A stretch of 63,981 nt of DNA, filler included, from Stramenopiles sp. TOSAG23-6 (taxonomy: Eukaryota), in the NCBI GenBank assembly GCA_900128565.1. It is 3 parts of 3 records of this genome, joined end to end, with 100 filler letters (N's around TTAATTAATTAA, not from the genome) between each part and the next. Parts side by side here need not be neighbours in the genome. Positions count along the whole stretch, not along the records: positions 25,574 to 50,863 come from LT635997.1; 2 more parts are not named here. One strand, 5' to 3'. Below, one piece after another: positions 34,091 to 45,035 of this stretch (position 1 is the first letter of the stretch; each line of letters starts with the position of its first letter). The translations under genes and the position numbers were made by a program. The notes under the pieces are model-generated. The model searched no databases. It was not told the DNA's origin and saw nothing but the letters and a program-made list of their open reading frames with translations.

Positions 34091-36460
34091 ATGGAAAACC
34101 CAGACTTACAATCTTCGTGGGGTAATGGCAACCTCCCCTCGAATTCTCTTGGGCAGCACAAGAAGAAGCAGCAACGTAGGCAACAGCAGAAACAGCATGA
34201 GACAAAGTTGCACAAACAGGAATCTCATCATAAGCAACATAGACGACAAAAGCCTTCTAAAGGTGGGTGGGATAACGAACGTAGAGGTGCGCAGGGAAAT
34301 TCCGCACAGTACAACGTTGTTACCATGGACCGACGTTTGTTCGTCGGGGGAATTTCATTTGACACCACTGAAGATGATATTCGCAACTATTTTAACGTCT
34401 TTGGTCAAGTTTTAGAAGCAAACATAATGCGCGATCCTGCCAGTCGTCGTTCTCGTTGTTTTGCTTTTGTAACATTCGCGGAAACTTCCGCGGCAAACAA
34501 GGCGATCTTACAGTCAGAGCATAAATTAAACGGGCGTAACGTAGACGTCAAAGCAGCAGTACCAGCTCGTAAATCTGATGGTAACAAAACTTTTTCCGGT
34601 AATAATAGTACTTCTGGTAATACCAACTCGGAAAATTCGCAGCCATCTGAAAGTAACTTCTCTGCTGGTAATAATGGGCCTTCTTCCCAATCTGTTTCGG
34701 GTTCGTCTGTAGCTGGTGGTGGTGAAAACTCTTCTCCTCTTATCAACAACAACTACAAAAATGCAGTTGATGGTGCCGAGAATGATGCTACCTTGGGTGA
34801 AAATGCTGTGAAAATGTCCCCAAATCGAGCTCGTTTGGGTAAGATTCCGACTCCTGGAAAAATTTTCGTTGGTGGATTGCATTACGATACATGTAGCGAC
34901 AGTTTACGTGAATATTTTGAACAATTTGGTCCAATAGAGTCTGTTCAAGTCATGTACAATCGCGAAACGGGTAAATCACGTGGATTTGGTTTCATTACGT
35001 TTGTTGATATCTCAGCTGTAGATAGCGCATCGGCCAAGAAAATGCATACTATTGATTGTAAAGCAGTAGAGGTTAAACGTGCGGTACCTCGTGCTGAAAG
35101 AACTGCACCACGTACTGGTGCGAATGATACGAATTTCAATGGAGCAAAGTCTGTTGGTCCAGGCAATACAGTTGTACCAGAAGTGGTCAGTCAAACATCT
35201 GATGGAAAAGCAGGTTTGCGAAGGCGACCTAATCCAGCACAAACGCGAAATGTTTGGGGGACTGGTCGAACAACTCGTCAGGTCAATGGTGCAATGTCCT
35301 TTGCTGATGTTGCTAAGGCAAGTGTAGCACCACCTGCGATGAATTCTCCCCCTATCATGCCTGTTGTACCTCAAATGGGTGCTCCAGTACCTCCCCCTAG
35401 TTTGATGCCTCAAGCAAGCGGTGGAGCATATCCGCCAATGCTTATGAATAATATGCAAAATACTGGATGGCCAAATTCAGTATCTTCAATGCCTATAAAT
35501 AATCTTCAGCAAATGCCAATGGTTGACATGAACGGTAATCATCTTACTTTGCCATTAGGAGGTATGAACATGTTAAATGGTTTAGGTGGTTTTGCTGGAA
35601 ATGATGAAAATCATTTGAACTCTGGTTTCGCCAATCAACAAAATAATTCAACTGATTCGAATACTAACTTTATTAATAATAATAGTAATAGTAACGTAGC
35701 TTGGGGTAATACTAATCAAGATCAACAGTCCTTTCTTCATCCGGAAATGCACATGCCGGGATTAGCTGCTGCGATGGGGTTGAATTTTGTGGATATGGAT
35801 GCAACGTTAGGCTTGGGAGTTCAGAAAAAAAATCAACAGGTTTCTGAAGGTGGTGATGGTTCAAATGGGAACAATGTGAAATCGAATAGCTCACAGTCAC
35901 AGCTTAGCAAAGACTTGAAAGGTGATAGTACTACTCCTCAGAAAGATACAATGCCTGATATTTCTTCATTAAACATGAATTCTTTTCAATATGCTAACCC
36001 TAACCAAACTCAGTCTTACATGCCAGTTAACAACCAGGGGAATTTTATACTACCCCCAAATGTTGGCTTTTCTGATTCTATAGGTGGATTATCGAATACA
36101 TGGAACTCTGGAATAGATCAATCTAAATTAGGAGGACCTTTGGGAGGTTCTGGTTTAAATAGTTCGTCTGATCGTAATGCTTTAGGCAATGGAGGGAACA
36201 CTTCTTCGGTTAATAAACTTGGTTGGAATCAACCTCCTGGGTACGCCATTCCGTCATTACCTAGAGTTTCCCCATATGAATACAATTCCTACAACCAACA
36301 GTTACCTATGATGGCAGCTATGCCAAACTGGGGTGCTGCTGGTGTCCAACAACAGTCGGTAGGCTTACCTTCAAACAATGGCAACGCTGTTGCTTCGTCA
36401 TCGAATGGTTTCGCCGTAGGTAGAGATGGAACTCTGAATAAAAATCCTGCACAGCATTAG
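34091..36460 (+). CDS. Two-RRM RNA-binding protein (hnRNP A1/Musashi/DAZAP1-like)
   Basis: RLFVGGI, SRCFAFVTF, KIFVGGL, SRGFGFITF and VEVKRAVPR; N/Q/G-rich tail. Confidence 0.92.
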   Translation: MENPDLQSSWGNGNLPSNSLGQHKKKQQRRQQQKQHETKLHKQESHHKQHRRQKPSKGGWDNERRGAQGNSAQYNVVTMDRRLFVGGISFDTTEDDIRNYFNVFGQVLEANIMRDPASRRSRCFAFVTFAETSAANKAILQSEHKLNGRNVDVKAAVPARKSDGNKTFSGNNSTSGNTNSENSQPSESNFSAGNNGPSSQSVSGSSVAGGGENSSPLINNNYKNAVDGAENDATLGENAVKMSPNRARLGKIPTPGKIFVGGLHYDTCSDSLREYFEQFGPIESVQVMYNRETGKSRGFGFITFVDISAVDSASAKKMHTIDCKAVEVKRAVPRAERTAPRTGANDTNFNGAKSVGPGNTVVPEVVSQTSDGKAGLRRRPNPAQTRNVWGTGRTTRQVNGAMSFADVAKASVAPPAMNSPPIMPVVPQMGAPVPPPSLMPQASGGAYPPMLMNNMQNTGWPNSVSSMPINNLQQMPMVDMNGNHLTLPLGGMNMLNGLGGFAGNDENHLNSGFANQQNNSTDSNTNFINNNSNSNVAWGNTNQDQQSFLHPEMHMPGLAAAMGLNFVDMDATLGLGVQKKNQQVSEGGDGSNGNNVKSNSSQSQLSKDLKGDSTTPQKDTMPDISSLNMNSFQYANPNQTQSYMPVNNQGNFILPPNVGFSDSIGGLSNTWNSGIDQSKLGGPLGGSGLNSSSDRNALGNGGNTSSVNKLGWNQPPGYAIPSLPRVSPYEYNSYNQQLPMMAAMPNWGAAGVQQQSVGLPSNNGNAVASSSNGFAVGRDGTLNKNPAQH

Positions 36461-36735
36461 TTAGATGTTGATTATTGTGCTAAATGTTTCATTTAGTTAG
36501 ATGTGGGTGCATGGATTCATATATTATCGAGATTATATAGTATTTGTACGATACTTTTTATTTGTATATGTTGTAGCAACGTACATGAATAAATATTGGC
36601 AAGGTTGAGTATATTGATTATATGATTGAACACAATATATGTTTAAAAAAAAATTGCAAATAAAACTTGAAAAATGTTGTATTTTTTGTTTTCTGTTCTT
36701 TATTAGGTATTCAATAGTATACTCATAGTTATTCA

Positions 36736-37254
36736 TTATTGATGGCAACCTTGCGATACATCCTGTAGGTATAAAGCCAACTGCACACACGAATTACTCG
36801 TTACTGCAGCTTCTACACAAATGTCCATTGCGAATTTCCAGGGATTTACAGGAGGAAACAAAGGATATTGAAATGTAAATGTCTTATTCGTTGTTTCATC
36901 TTTAAAAGTGACGTCCGTGAAGCGTTTCGTTTTGTTATTTTGTAATATAGTTTTACTAGTACTATCTGCAGAACAGGCGCTATCCATACACACCTCTTCG
37001 TCTATTACTTCAAATATTTCATCTGTAACTTTTGTACCTAAAGATACTTTATGAGACGTTGAATCGAAAACTTGTAGTGCAACGTTACCTATACAATTAC
37101 CACACAGTTTGTTTTCTGAGCAAATACGTCGAGCTATTGAAACAGCTTCCTCTGGAACCGAAGTTCTTTCCGATATCGTGCCAAGTACGTCATCAAAAAC
37201 ACTCCCGTGGACGCAGCATATAATGACGATAAGGATGGAGTATAAAAGGTACAT
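36736..37254 (-). CDS. Small predicted secreted Cys-containing protein
   Basis: ATG at 37254; signal peptide MYLLYSILIVIICCVHG. Confidence 0.6.
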   Translation of the reverse strand: MYLLYSILIVIICCVHGSVFDDVLGTISERTSVPEEAVSIARRICSENKLCGNCIGNVALQVFDSTSHKVSLGTKVTDEIFEVIDEEVCMDSACSADSTSKTILQNNKTKRFTDVTFKDETTNKTFTFQYPLFPPVNPWKFAMDICVEAAVTSNSCVQLALYLQDVSQGCHQ

Positions 37255-37745
37255 TGAAAACAAATTATAAAGACTTTAATGAAATGACTTGTAATATTAA
37301 TATTATTGCATGTACAAAAGTTTGGGATGCCATTTTAATCTATAATTATATAATTATATAATTATATAATTATATGTGACCGAAAATATATTCAATATTG
37401 AATATTCCTTGAATGTCATTTTCTTCGACGTGATTTTTGACAGCTACCTGACACACACGTGGCACTTTTTCAAATATTCAATTTTCAGCAAGAGCATTGG
37501 AATGTTTTTCATACGAAGTTTTGTACCTAATCATTTGCTACTACTAAAGATTCCGAGAGCTGTCAAAAACACAAGTTAGCTACTACAAAGATTCCGAGAG
37601 AGATTCCTTCCTTGACAAAGCCAAGTATTAGACCTTAGTACGCCAAATAACAAGGGGATTACCCTTGTAGGAATCAAGTCAAAAGTGCAATTGGACTACT
37701 TGAAACACTATATGATACATACCGAGAGTACAAAAAGTAACAGCA

Positions 37746-39140
37746 ATGTCACGTACAATTAATATATTTGTATTTCTTTTTGCAATCTTATATTCCGGCA
37801 TTTCTCCTTGTTGCTCCGCAAATCAAAGAAGAGCAAGAAGGGCTGTACATAAAACTGCGCTTAAAGTTGCAAAACGTAATATCCGTCACAAACAGAATGC
37901 ACTTCTTGGTTCTCCTCGAATGAATGGTCAAACGGTTGCTTCCCCTAGCCCTAGAGTAAATAATAGTGTTGATAAAATTCTCTCTCCACATTCTACAAGT
38001 AAAAAGAATAATTTTCTATCGAAACTTGCCGTAAAATTTCATAAACGAAAACGTCAAAAGAAACGTATTGCTTCTCCTCGTTCTCATCGATCTCCTCGAT
38101 CTCCTCGATCTCCTCGATCTCCTAGACTGACAAATATTTTACCTACGAAAGTAGATGATACTACTGAAATAGATACATTTACTCATCAAAATCAAAACAG
38201 TGGTGTTGATGATCAAAACCAAACCAGTGTAAGTTATCCCAAAAACATTGAAGAAACATCTCAACTACATCCAAATGACGTCATTGTTGAAAATGTACCA
38301 GTAGTACTACCATCAACAACAACAACAACAACTGCAATGACTAATAAAGACCTAAAAAATGAATTGGAGATACAGCCGAAAGACGTTGTAGTGACAAGTC
38401 ATTCAAATATTGTTCGTGTACGTTTTTTATCATGATTTTTTTTTATATGAAATTTCATACCTAACATTTTTTTTATCATGATTTTTTTTTATATGAAATT
38501 TCGTACCTAACAACACTTTTTTTTTAAAGTGTTTTATCAAGTTTTCATCATTTGATTTTGTTTTCATAGACAATTTCGTACCTAACGTATTTCAAATAAT
38601 ACAAGTATTTCTTTTCACGATACATAATAATGGGGACGTCACTCCCCCAATAACAGAACAAAATGATGAAAAAAATGTAGGTTTTTTTTTTTACTATGAA
38701 TTGTTTTTTTCATACGAAATTTTGTACCTAACAATTTTTTTTAGAATTTTTTTTTGAAATATTTTTTTACAATATTTGATGTTCAATCGAATCACAAAAA
38801 TTCAAATACAACATTTTGGAGTCAAAACAACATTATTTATTTTGGTATAGGTGGTGGTTCTATTCTATTGATTAGTATATATGTTTTTTTTCCTACAAAA
38901 TATTTTGGTAAAAATAATTTTTACCATTTTTTTTTTTATAGAAAATTTCATACCTAACGATTTTTTTACTAACAAAAAAAAAAAAAAAAAAAATATTTTT
39001 CACAATACAAAACTATAACTGTATTTGTTTTGATGCATTCTAATCAAATTAAAAAAGAAAATCGGATTTTATTGGAAAAAAGTAAAGAATTGCGTTTGTC
39101 AGTGACTAATGAAGGTACTGAAGAGTATGCAACTGTATAG
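37746..39140 (+). CDS. Signal-peptide + C-terminal TM protein, three introns
   Basis: Introns 38418-38625, 38677-38777 and 38879-39010 rebuild a TM helix IIYFGIGGGSILLISITITVFVLM; SPR repeats. Confidence 0.7.
38418..38625 (+). mobile_element. Introner with triplicated core, GT-AT
   Basis: CGT|GTACG...three TACCTAAC cores...CACGATACAT|. Confidence 0.75.
38677..38777 (+). mobile_element. Introner, GT-TT
   Basis: AAT|GTAGG...ACAATATTT|GAT keeps the frame. Confidence 0.65.
38879..39010 (+). mobile_element. Introner, AT-AA (non-canonical in either candidate register)
   Basis: AT|ATATGTTTT...CACAATACAA|A lies within the TM helix. Confidence 0.6.
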
Positions 39141-39505
39141 ATTAGGTACAAATACGAAATATCACGAAATATTTAAAAAAAAATGGAAGATAATTTCATT
39201 TTTTTGTTCACGTTTAAAGCATGTAATGTAAAGAATATTTTTTTTTTTTTTTTTCAAATATATTTTGGTATTTATTTATTGTAACAATAAAAATATTTTC
39301 AAAATTTTATATTTATATTCTTTTAAACATTGTTGTTGTTGTACTACTTTCACTGCGATGTTGTTGTAAAATCGTATAAATCCGACTGGCATAGCTAGGG
39401 TTAGGGCTTAGATTTTTGACCAACAGCAAGCTGTCAAACCAAAACAACACAGACACAAACACAAACACGTGAATTAATTAGTGTCTCTCTTTGCTCGTAA
39501 GCAAA

Positions 39506-40777
39506 ATGGTTGCCAGTAACAACTATTCCCTTGGTGTCGATACGTGTCGTGAAGCAGCTGAAAATGGTAACTTAGAAGTATTGAAATGGTTACGAAGACA
39601 AAAACCGCGCTGTCCGTGGGATGAAGATACGTGTAGCAGTGCAGCTCAAAATGGTCACTTGGAAGTATTGAAGTGGTTANGAAGACAAAAACCACCTTGT
39701 CCATGGGAAGAACAAACGTGTTCTTATGCAGCTTGGAAGGGTCAGTTGGGAGTATTGATTTGGCTGAGAAGTCAAAATCCACCTTGTCCATGGGAAGAAC
39801 AAACGTGTTATCTTGCAGCCTTAGATGGTCGCTTGGAAGTATTGAAGTGGGTAAGAAGTCAAAATCCACCTTGTCCATGGGAGGAACTAACATGTCGATA
39901 TGCAGCTGGAAATGGTCACTTGGAAGTATTGAAATGGGTAAGAAGTCAAAATCCACCATGCCCGTGGGATGCAACTGCGTGTTCTTATGCAGCTGGTTCT
40001 TGTCAGTTGGGAGTATTGATTTGGCTGAGAAGTCAAAATCCACCATGTCCATGGGATGAAGAAACGTGTAAAAGTGCAGCTGGAAATGGTAACTTAAAGA
40101 TATTGATTTGGCTAAGAAGTCAAAATCCACCTTGTCCTTGGGATCAACATACGTGTAACAGTGCAGCTGAAGGTGGGCACTTAGAAGTATTGAAATGGCT
40201 TAGAAGTCAAAATCCACCTTGTCCTTGGGATGAAGATTTAATATGTGGTATTGCAGCTGAAAACGGTCACTTAGAAGTATTGAAATGGGTTAGAAGTCAA
40301 GATCCGAGTAGACCCTGGCCTAAGGATATCTTTAGTGATACAGCTCGAAAAGGTCACTTGGATGTACTACAATGGTTAAGAAGTCAAAATCCACCTTGTC
40401 CATGGTGTACGTATGCGTGTGACGCAGCAGCTTGGGGTGGTCACTTGGAAATGTTACAATGGTTAAGAAGTCAAAATCCACCTTGTCCATGGAATGAAGA
40501 AACCTGTGAGCATGCAGTGTATTGTGGTCACTTGGGAGTGTTACAATGGGTAAGAAGCCAAAATCCACCTTGTCCGTGGGGTGTAGGAACCTGCGCGCAT
40601 GCAGCTGAAAGTGGTGACTTGAAAATATTGAAATGGTTAAGAAGTCAAGATCCACCNTGTCCATGGGATGAAACTACATGTTTAGAGGCAGCTGCATATC
40701 ATAACTTCGAAGTATTACAATGGTTAATCGAAAACAAAGCACCAGGCTATGATAGATGGGAGCCTTATTTCCATTGA
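39506..40777 (+). CDS. CPW-type ankyrin-repeat protein (giant-virus/algal type), intronless
   Basis: About 14 copies of an approx. 29 aa unit CPWDEETCxxAAxxGHLEVLKWLRSQNPP. Confidence 0.85.
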   Translation: MVASNNYSLGVDTCREAAENGNLEVLKWLRRQKPRCPWDEDTCSSAAQNGHLEVLKWLXRQKPPCPWEEQTCSYAAWKGQLGVLIWLRSQNPPCPWEEQTCYLAALDGRLEVLKWVRSQNPPCPWEELTCRYAAGNGHLEVLKWVRSQNPPCPWDATACSYAAGSCQLGVLIWLRSQNPPCPWDEETCKSAAGNGNLKILIWLRSQNPPCPWDQHTCNSAAEGGHLEVLKWLRSQNPPCPWDEDLICGIAAENGHLEVLKWVRSQDPSRPWPKDIFSDTARKGHLDVLQWLRSQNPPCPWCTYACDAAAWGGHLEMLQWLRSQNPPCPWNEETCEHAVYCGHLGVLQWVRSQNPPCPWGVGTCAHAAESGDLKILKWLRSQDPXCPWDETTCLEAAAYHNFEVLQWLIENKAPGYDRWEPYFH

Positions 40778-40923
40778 CAAGAAATGTAAATGCCTCCTGT
40801 ATACCTTTGTTTTAATTTAATATTGGAAGTGGTACAATGGCTAATTGATGTGAAACCCCACCCCGGGCACTTTAAACTTATTGAAAAATAAATACTTTCA
40901 AAATTTTATGTTTTTATTTTAAT

Positions 40924-42311
40924 TTATATTCTTTTAAAAATTGTTGCTGTTTTACTACTTCCACTACCCTTCATTGAAATTCCTTTTTTACACTTTTTAC
41001 TTTTAAATTTATCTGAAGTCTCAATGAAACCAACAAGACCTGAATCTCCTCTTCCTTTATCTACAACTGCAATGCCATTTAATGTGTCACATTCAATACA
41101 TAGTATAGCTATATGTTCCACTAATTCTGTTGGCATGTATTGTGAAAAAAATATTTTTTATTGTAGTAAAAAAAATATGTACGTAACGTATGGAATTTTC
41201 TATCAAAACAAAAAACAAAAAACAAAAAAATTCTAAATTCTAAATTCATCATGAAAAAAACATACATCCCATCTGAGAAAATATATACGTGAGTTGTTCC
41301 TTGTGGCAATTCTGTATATTCCATCAAATCTCCCTGTGTAAACTTAATAGTACATCTTTTCTTAGGAGTTGGGTTTCCATTATTTTTTTCTACTTTCGTC
41401 TTTGAATGCTCAACATTGACAGAGTTCAATTCTTTTCTAATTATTTTTTCTACTTTAGCCTTTGAAAAATCAACTTCAACAGATTTCAATTCAATACCCA
41501 TGGAAAAACTATCAACCGTTGAGAGACCAGGTAAAATAGATGCTGCTATAACAGCATCACCAGTACCAGATCCTAAATCAACGAAACCTTGAATTTTATT
41601 CTCTTCAACTTTATTTTGTTTGTTACATGGAAGATGATCCAATCCAAGAGCTTCAAATATTGTTTTAAAACTTCTTGTAGAAAGTGTCCCAGACATACCT
41701 TGTTCAAGAGATGAAAATCTGCGCTTTCTTGATTTCCTTGACGGTGCATTAGATGTATTTGGTTTTGAGTGTCTTGCATCACTTTTGTTTACATTGAGTT
41801 CTATTATATTTTTTAGATATTTCATATCTGATTTTTTTGTAATATTATAATAACGACACCACGATTCTATATTTTTATGAACTATGGCTTTTGTCTTTGA
41901 ATCTGTTTTTAGTGCTTCATGAATTGCATAATCAAAGTATGTGCCACTATGCCATTTATCACCAGATGTGATTGTAGACCTTTTACGCCAAAATTTCTTA
42001 AAATTTGGACAAAATGGTAAAAGAGACAAAGACGGTACATCTTGAATTGTTGATTCGTAATCTTCATTGCAAGTAGATGTTCGATGGTAGTGGTGAAGCC
42101 ACTGAACACGATAGAATACTTCGTTATCAGGGACATCCTTGTTCCGTAACTCTGCATTGAAGCGAGCAAACTTTTCATCCTGTGAACCTGTCTCTAGCTT
42201 ATCTTCTATAATTGCTGGCCAGATAGATGTTCGTGGACTGGAGTATGCTTTCCCTTTACCATATCGAACAAACACAACTTGTCCAATGACAAAAGGATCT
42301 TTTGGGGCCAT
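40924..42311 (-). CDS. PWWP-like domain + DOT1-like SAM methyltransferase, intron 41135-41265
   Basis: FVIGQVVFVRY...IWPAII; FVDLGSGTG, GIEL and THVYIFSDG-MPTELVEHI. Confidence 0.75.
41135..41265 (-). mobile_element. Introner-type GT-AT intron
   Basis: AT|GTATG...CACAATACAT|G. Confidence 0.8.
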
Positions 42312-42567
42312 CTCTATAAATTAATAATACTGTCGTGGCCGTCTTCGAATTGCTGTTGTGTCGCAAAAAAAACATTTTGATGGTCAAAAAAAAATTTTTT
42401 TGATGGATGGCGTCTCCTATTCGTATTGTACGTACTATCGTCGTCTTGTCTTCGTTACACTTCGTCAAAAAAAATCAAATGAAAAAAATCTCGTCAACAA
42501 CAACACCACGGTGTCAACACAACTGTGTTTCTGTATTAATCCTTTGTAATACCACAAAAACATTGAC

Positions 42568-43500
42568 ATGAGTAGCAACCTTCGTGTACTCTTAGGATAT
42601 GATGATCCAGTAGATTCTGGTGTGCGTAAAAGTAAACGAATGAAATTTGCTGTGAACCCTAACCCTAAATGTGTAGATTGTAAAGAAAGTATACAAAATT
42701 CTAGTTATATGATTCCAAGTCGATATCTTGGATTCAACCCATGGCCACCAAGTCCCAGTGTTGTCTGCTCTGACTTGGGCAAGAATGTGCACGAAGCTCT
42801 TCAACGTTGTGCTAATTGTCGAGAGAAAATAAATGAGGACGAATGTGTACTTGGTGTGGTTGTTGATTGTGGTGTCGATATTCCTCCATACCTCTGGAAT
42901 ACACAGTATAGAATTCGCGACCGCCATCTTCCAAATAAAAGCTGGATAAGGAAATTACAAGGTGATTCATTATTGGATAATGACCCTCGTTCTTGCTTTG
43001 ATTTTTCACAGGAACAAGAAAATCTCTGGTTATCAAGGAATATGGTTCCTGAGGATGAACGTAAAGAAAGACTTTTGAAAGAACTTTCTCGTTTCAAAAA
43101 AGCCCATTTTACTATACTTCAATGGGCAAGAACAAAATTTAGTGGGGCTGCTGTAGTAGGAAAGATTAAAAATAATGAAAAGTCTGAAGTAGAAACAAAT
43201 GAAAAAGTATTGCTACTTGAGCAAACTTTGGCATTGAAAGAAATAGAGTTGTCAAAACAGCATGAAAAAGTTCATCAATTGGAACAACGATTGGATCATT
43301 TGTTACTTTTGTTAAAAAAACATCAAAATCAAAAAAATGAACCAACTTTGAGACATATTTGTAATGAATTAAAAAGACAACTTCAAATTGAGGGAAATAC
43401 AATAGATGTTATAAATTATGCATGTAAAGAATTTAATATTGATCAAAATGCAAAAGGAAAAGCAAAACAGTGTTTTAATAGGTTGCAATATTTATTGTAA
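42568..43500 (+). CDS. Hypothetical protein with CxxC pairs and a coiled coil
   Basis: 310 aa ORF. Confidence 0.65.
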   Translation: MSSNLRVLLGYDDPVDSGVRKSKRMKFAVNPNPKCVDCKESIQNSSYMIPSRYLGFNPWPPSPSVVCSDLGKNVHEALQRCANCREKINEDECVLGVVVDCGVDIPPYLWNTQYRIRDRHLPNKSWIRKLQGDSLLDNDPRSCFDFSQEQENLWLSRNMVPEDERKERLLKELSRFKKAHFTILQWARTKFSGAAVVGKIKNNEKSEVETNEKVLLLEQTLALKEIELSKQHEKVHQLEQRLDHLLLLLKKHQNQKNEPTLRHICNELKRQLQIEGNTIDVINYACKEFNIDQNAKGKAKQCFNRLQYLL

Positions 43501-43668
43501 ATGACATACTATAAAAATCAATTGTATAAAATTTCTATTGAATAAAAATAAAAAAATCATTTTAGATGTCTAGAAAATAAAAATTGATATATTTTTTAAA
43601 AATTTCTATCCAATAAAAATAAAAAAAAAACAATAATAAATGTATTATTAGGATTATTAGTACCATAC

Positions 43669-43754
43669 TTGTGTACTGCAGTTCTGTCAGTCCCATGAAC
43701 TGTATTTTATCAAAAAACACATTTACTCATAGTATTTCATCCAGTAAATAACAA
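43669..43754 (-). promoter_or_regulatory. SECIS element (type II)
   Basis: Minus strand: helix I UACUG/CAGUA, core AUGAA/UGAC, 11-nt helix II, unpaired AAA, minihelix UGUGUUUU/AAAAUACA. It lies about 90 nt past the DsbA stop. Confidence 0.8.
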
Positions 43755-43844
43755 TAATTCATCGCGGTAATAATAATAATAACAATACTAACCGTATAAA
43801 AAAAATATAATAATAAACCCTAACCCTAGCTAGAATGAAAAAAA

Positions 43845-44760
43845 CTATATTTCTTCAAATACTTGTAGAAATGTTTCAACACTTTGAGCACCTGATAAAC
43901 ATATATAGTGAATAAATATAACAAATTCTACATTCATGAGATATTCTATAGAATGTAGATGAAAAAAAAAATTATAAATATATATAGTAGTTGTATATAC
44001 ATTTGACAAACCTGTAGGGATATTTTCATTTGATTTGTTATTAATGATGAAAAAAGGAACTCCAGAAAATCCAAATTGTCGACGTCCTTGATCGATTTCT
44101 TGAAAAACTTCACGTTTGCCTTCTGTTGATTCGAGAAATGTAGTCACACTATTTTTTGAACATTCTGGAGAAAGCATGTATTGTAAAAAATACATTTAAT
44201 TTGAAATTTGTTAGATCAAAAAGAAATCAAAAAGAAATTGGTAACAAAAGAAAAAAGAAAAAAAAGGATTTGAAAATAATGATGAACATTTACGTTAGAG
44301 CAATTTCAACTAAAGTTTCGTTTACAGAAATGTTTTTACCCTCCTCGTATAGAGCATGAAAGAGAGCAGCATTAGATGTAGATGTTGGAACACCTCTTTC
44401 TTTTAAAAACATAATGAGACGATGTGATTTCAACGTTGACGGCCAGTATTTCCAATTTGAGAACGTTGCTCCTACTTCTTGACCCATTTGTTTCAGTCGA
44501 ATAGTCCAGCTATCAGATCCCCAACGACGCTTATTATATGCCATATAGTCTTCACCATTTGGATTTGTACTACTATCAATGATAAAGGGTAACCAGTCAA
44601 CGTTGACAGACCCAAGAGGATTTCGTTCTTTCCATTTTGAAATTGCTGTTTGAAGGCGTTTCTGACCAACGTGACACCAAGGTCATGCTAGATCTGAGTA
44701 TACACGAATACTCAATGTTTTAGGCAGATCACTATCTGTAGTGCCTGTTACTTCTGTCAT
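43845..44760 (-). CDS. DsbA/FrnE-like thioredoxin-fold selenoprotein (UxxC), two introns
   Basis: ATG at 44760; VYSDLA-TGA(44683-44685)-PWCHVGQKRL, WLPFII, FSGVPFFII and LSGAQ. Introns at 44176-44293 and 43901-44011. Confidence 0.88.
44176..44293 (-). mobile_element. Degenerate introner-type GT-AT intron
   Basis: AC|GTAAAT...TCTAAC...TTACAATACAT|G joins two ORFs in frame. Confidence 0.75.
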
Positions 44761-45035
44761 GTCAGCAAACTTTACAAAATGCAAATTTTTACAATGCAAC
44801 TAACTCAAAGATTCATGAATAATTGCGTCAAAATTTATGCAGTCCCAAAAAAAAATGTCAAAAAATGATTGGGGTACCGGGTATCTAGCTAGTCAAAAAG
44901 GAGGTAGTTCGAGTTCTTCTATTCTGTTCTTTCTTTCGTATAGGTCCTATATCAGACATTGTTTTACATCCAAACACTGTAAACAGGTTCTGATATATAA
45001 TTTTTGATACTATTATTGTTATTCTTGTTGAATAA

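Noticed and set aside
39474-40664. Repetitive alternative-frame ORFs or CRISPR-like periodicity
   Set aside because: These come from 87-bp coding ankyrin repeats, with no unique spacers and no cas genes.
44683-44685. Genome-wide TGA reassignment
   Set aside because: TGA terminates many genes here (e.g. 11362, 15982, 40777). Read-through is supported only at the SECIS-bearing gene.
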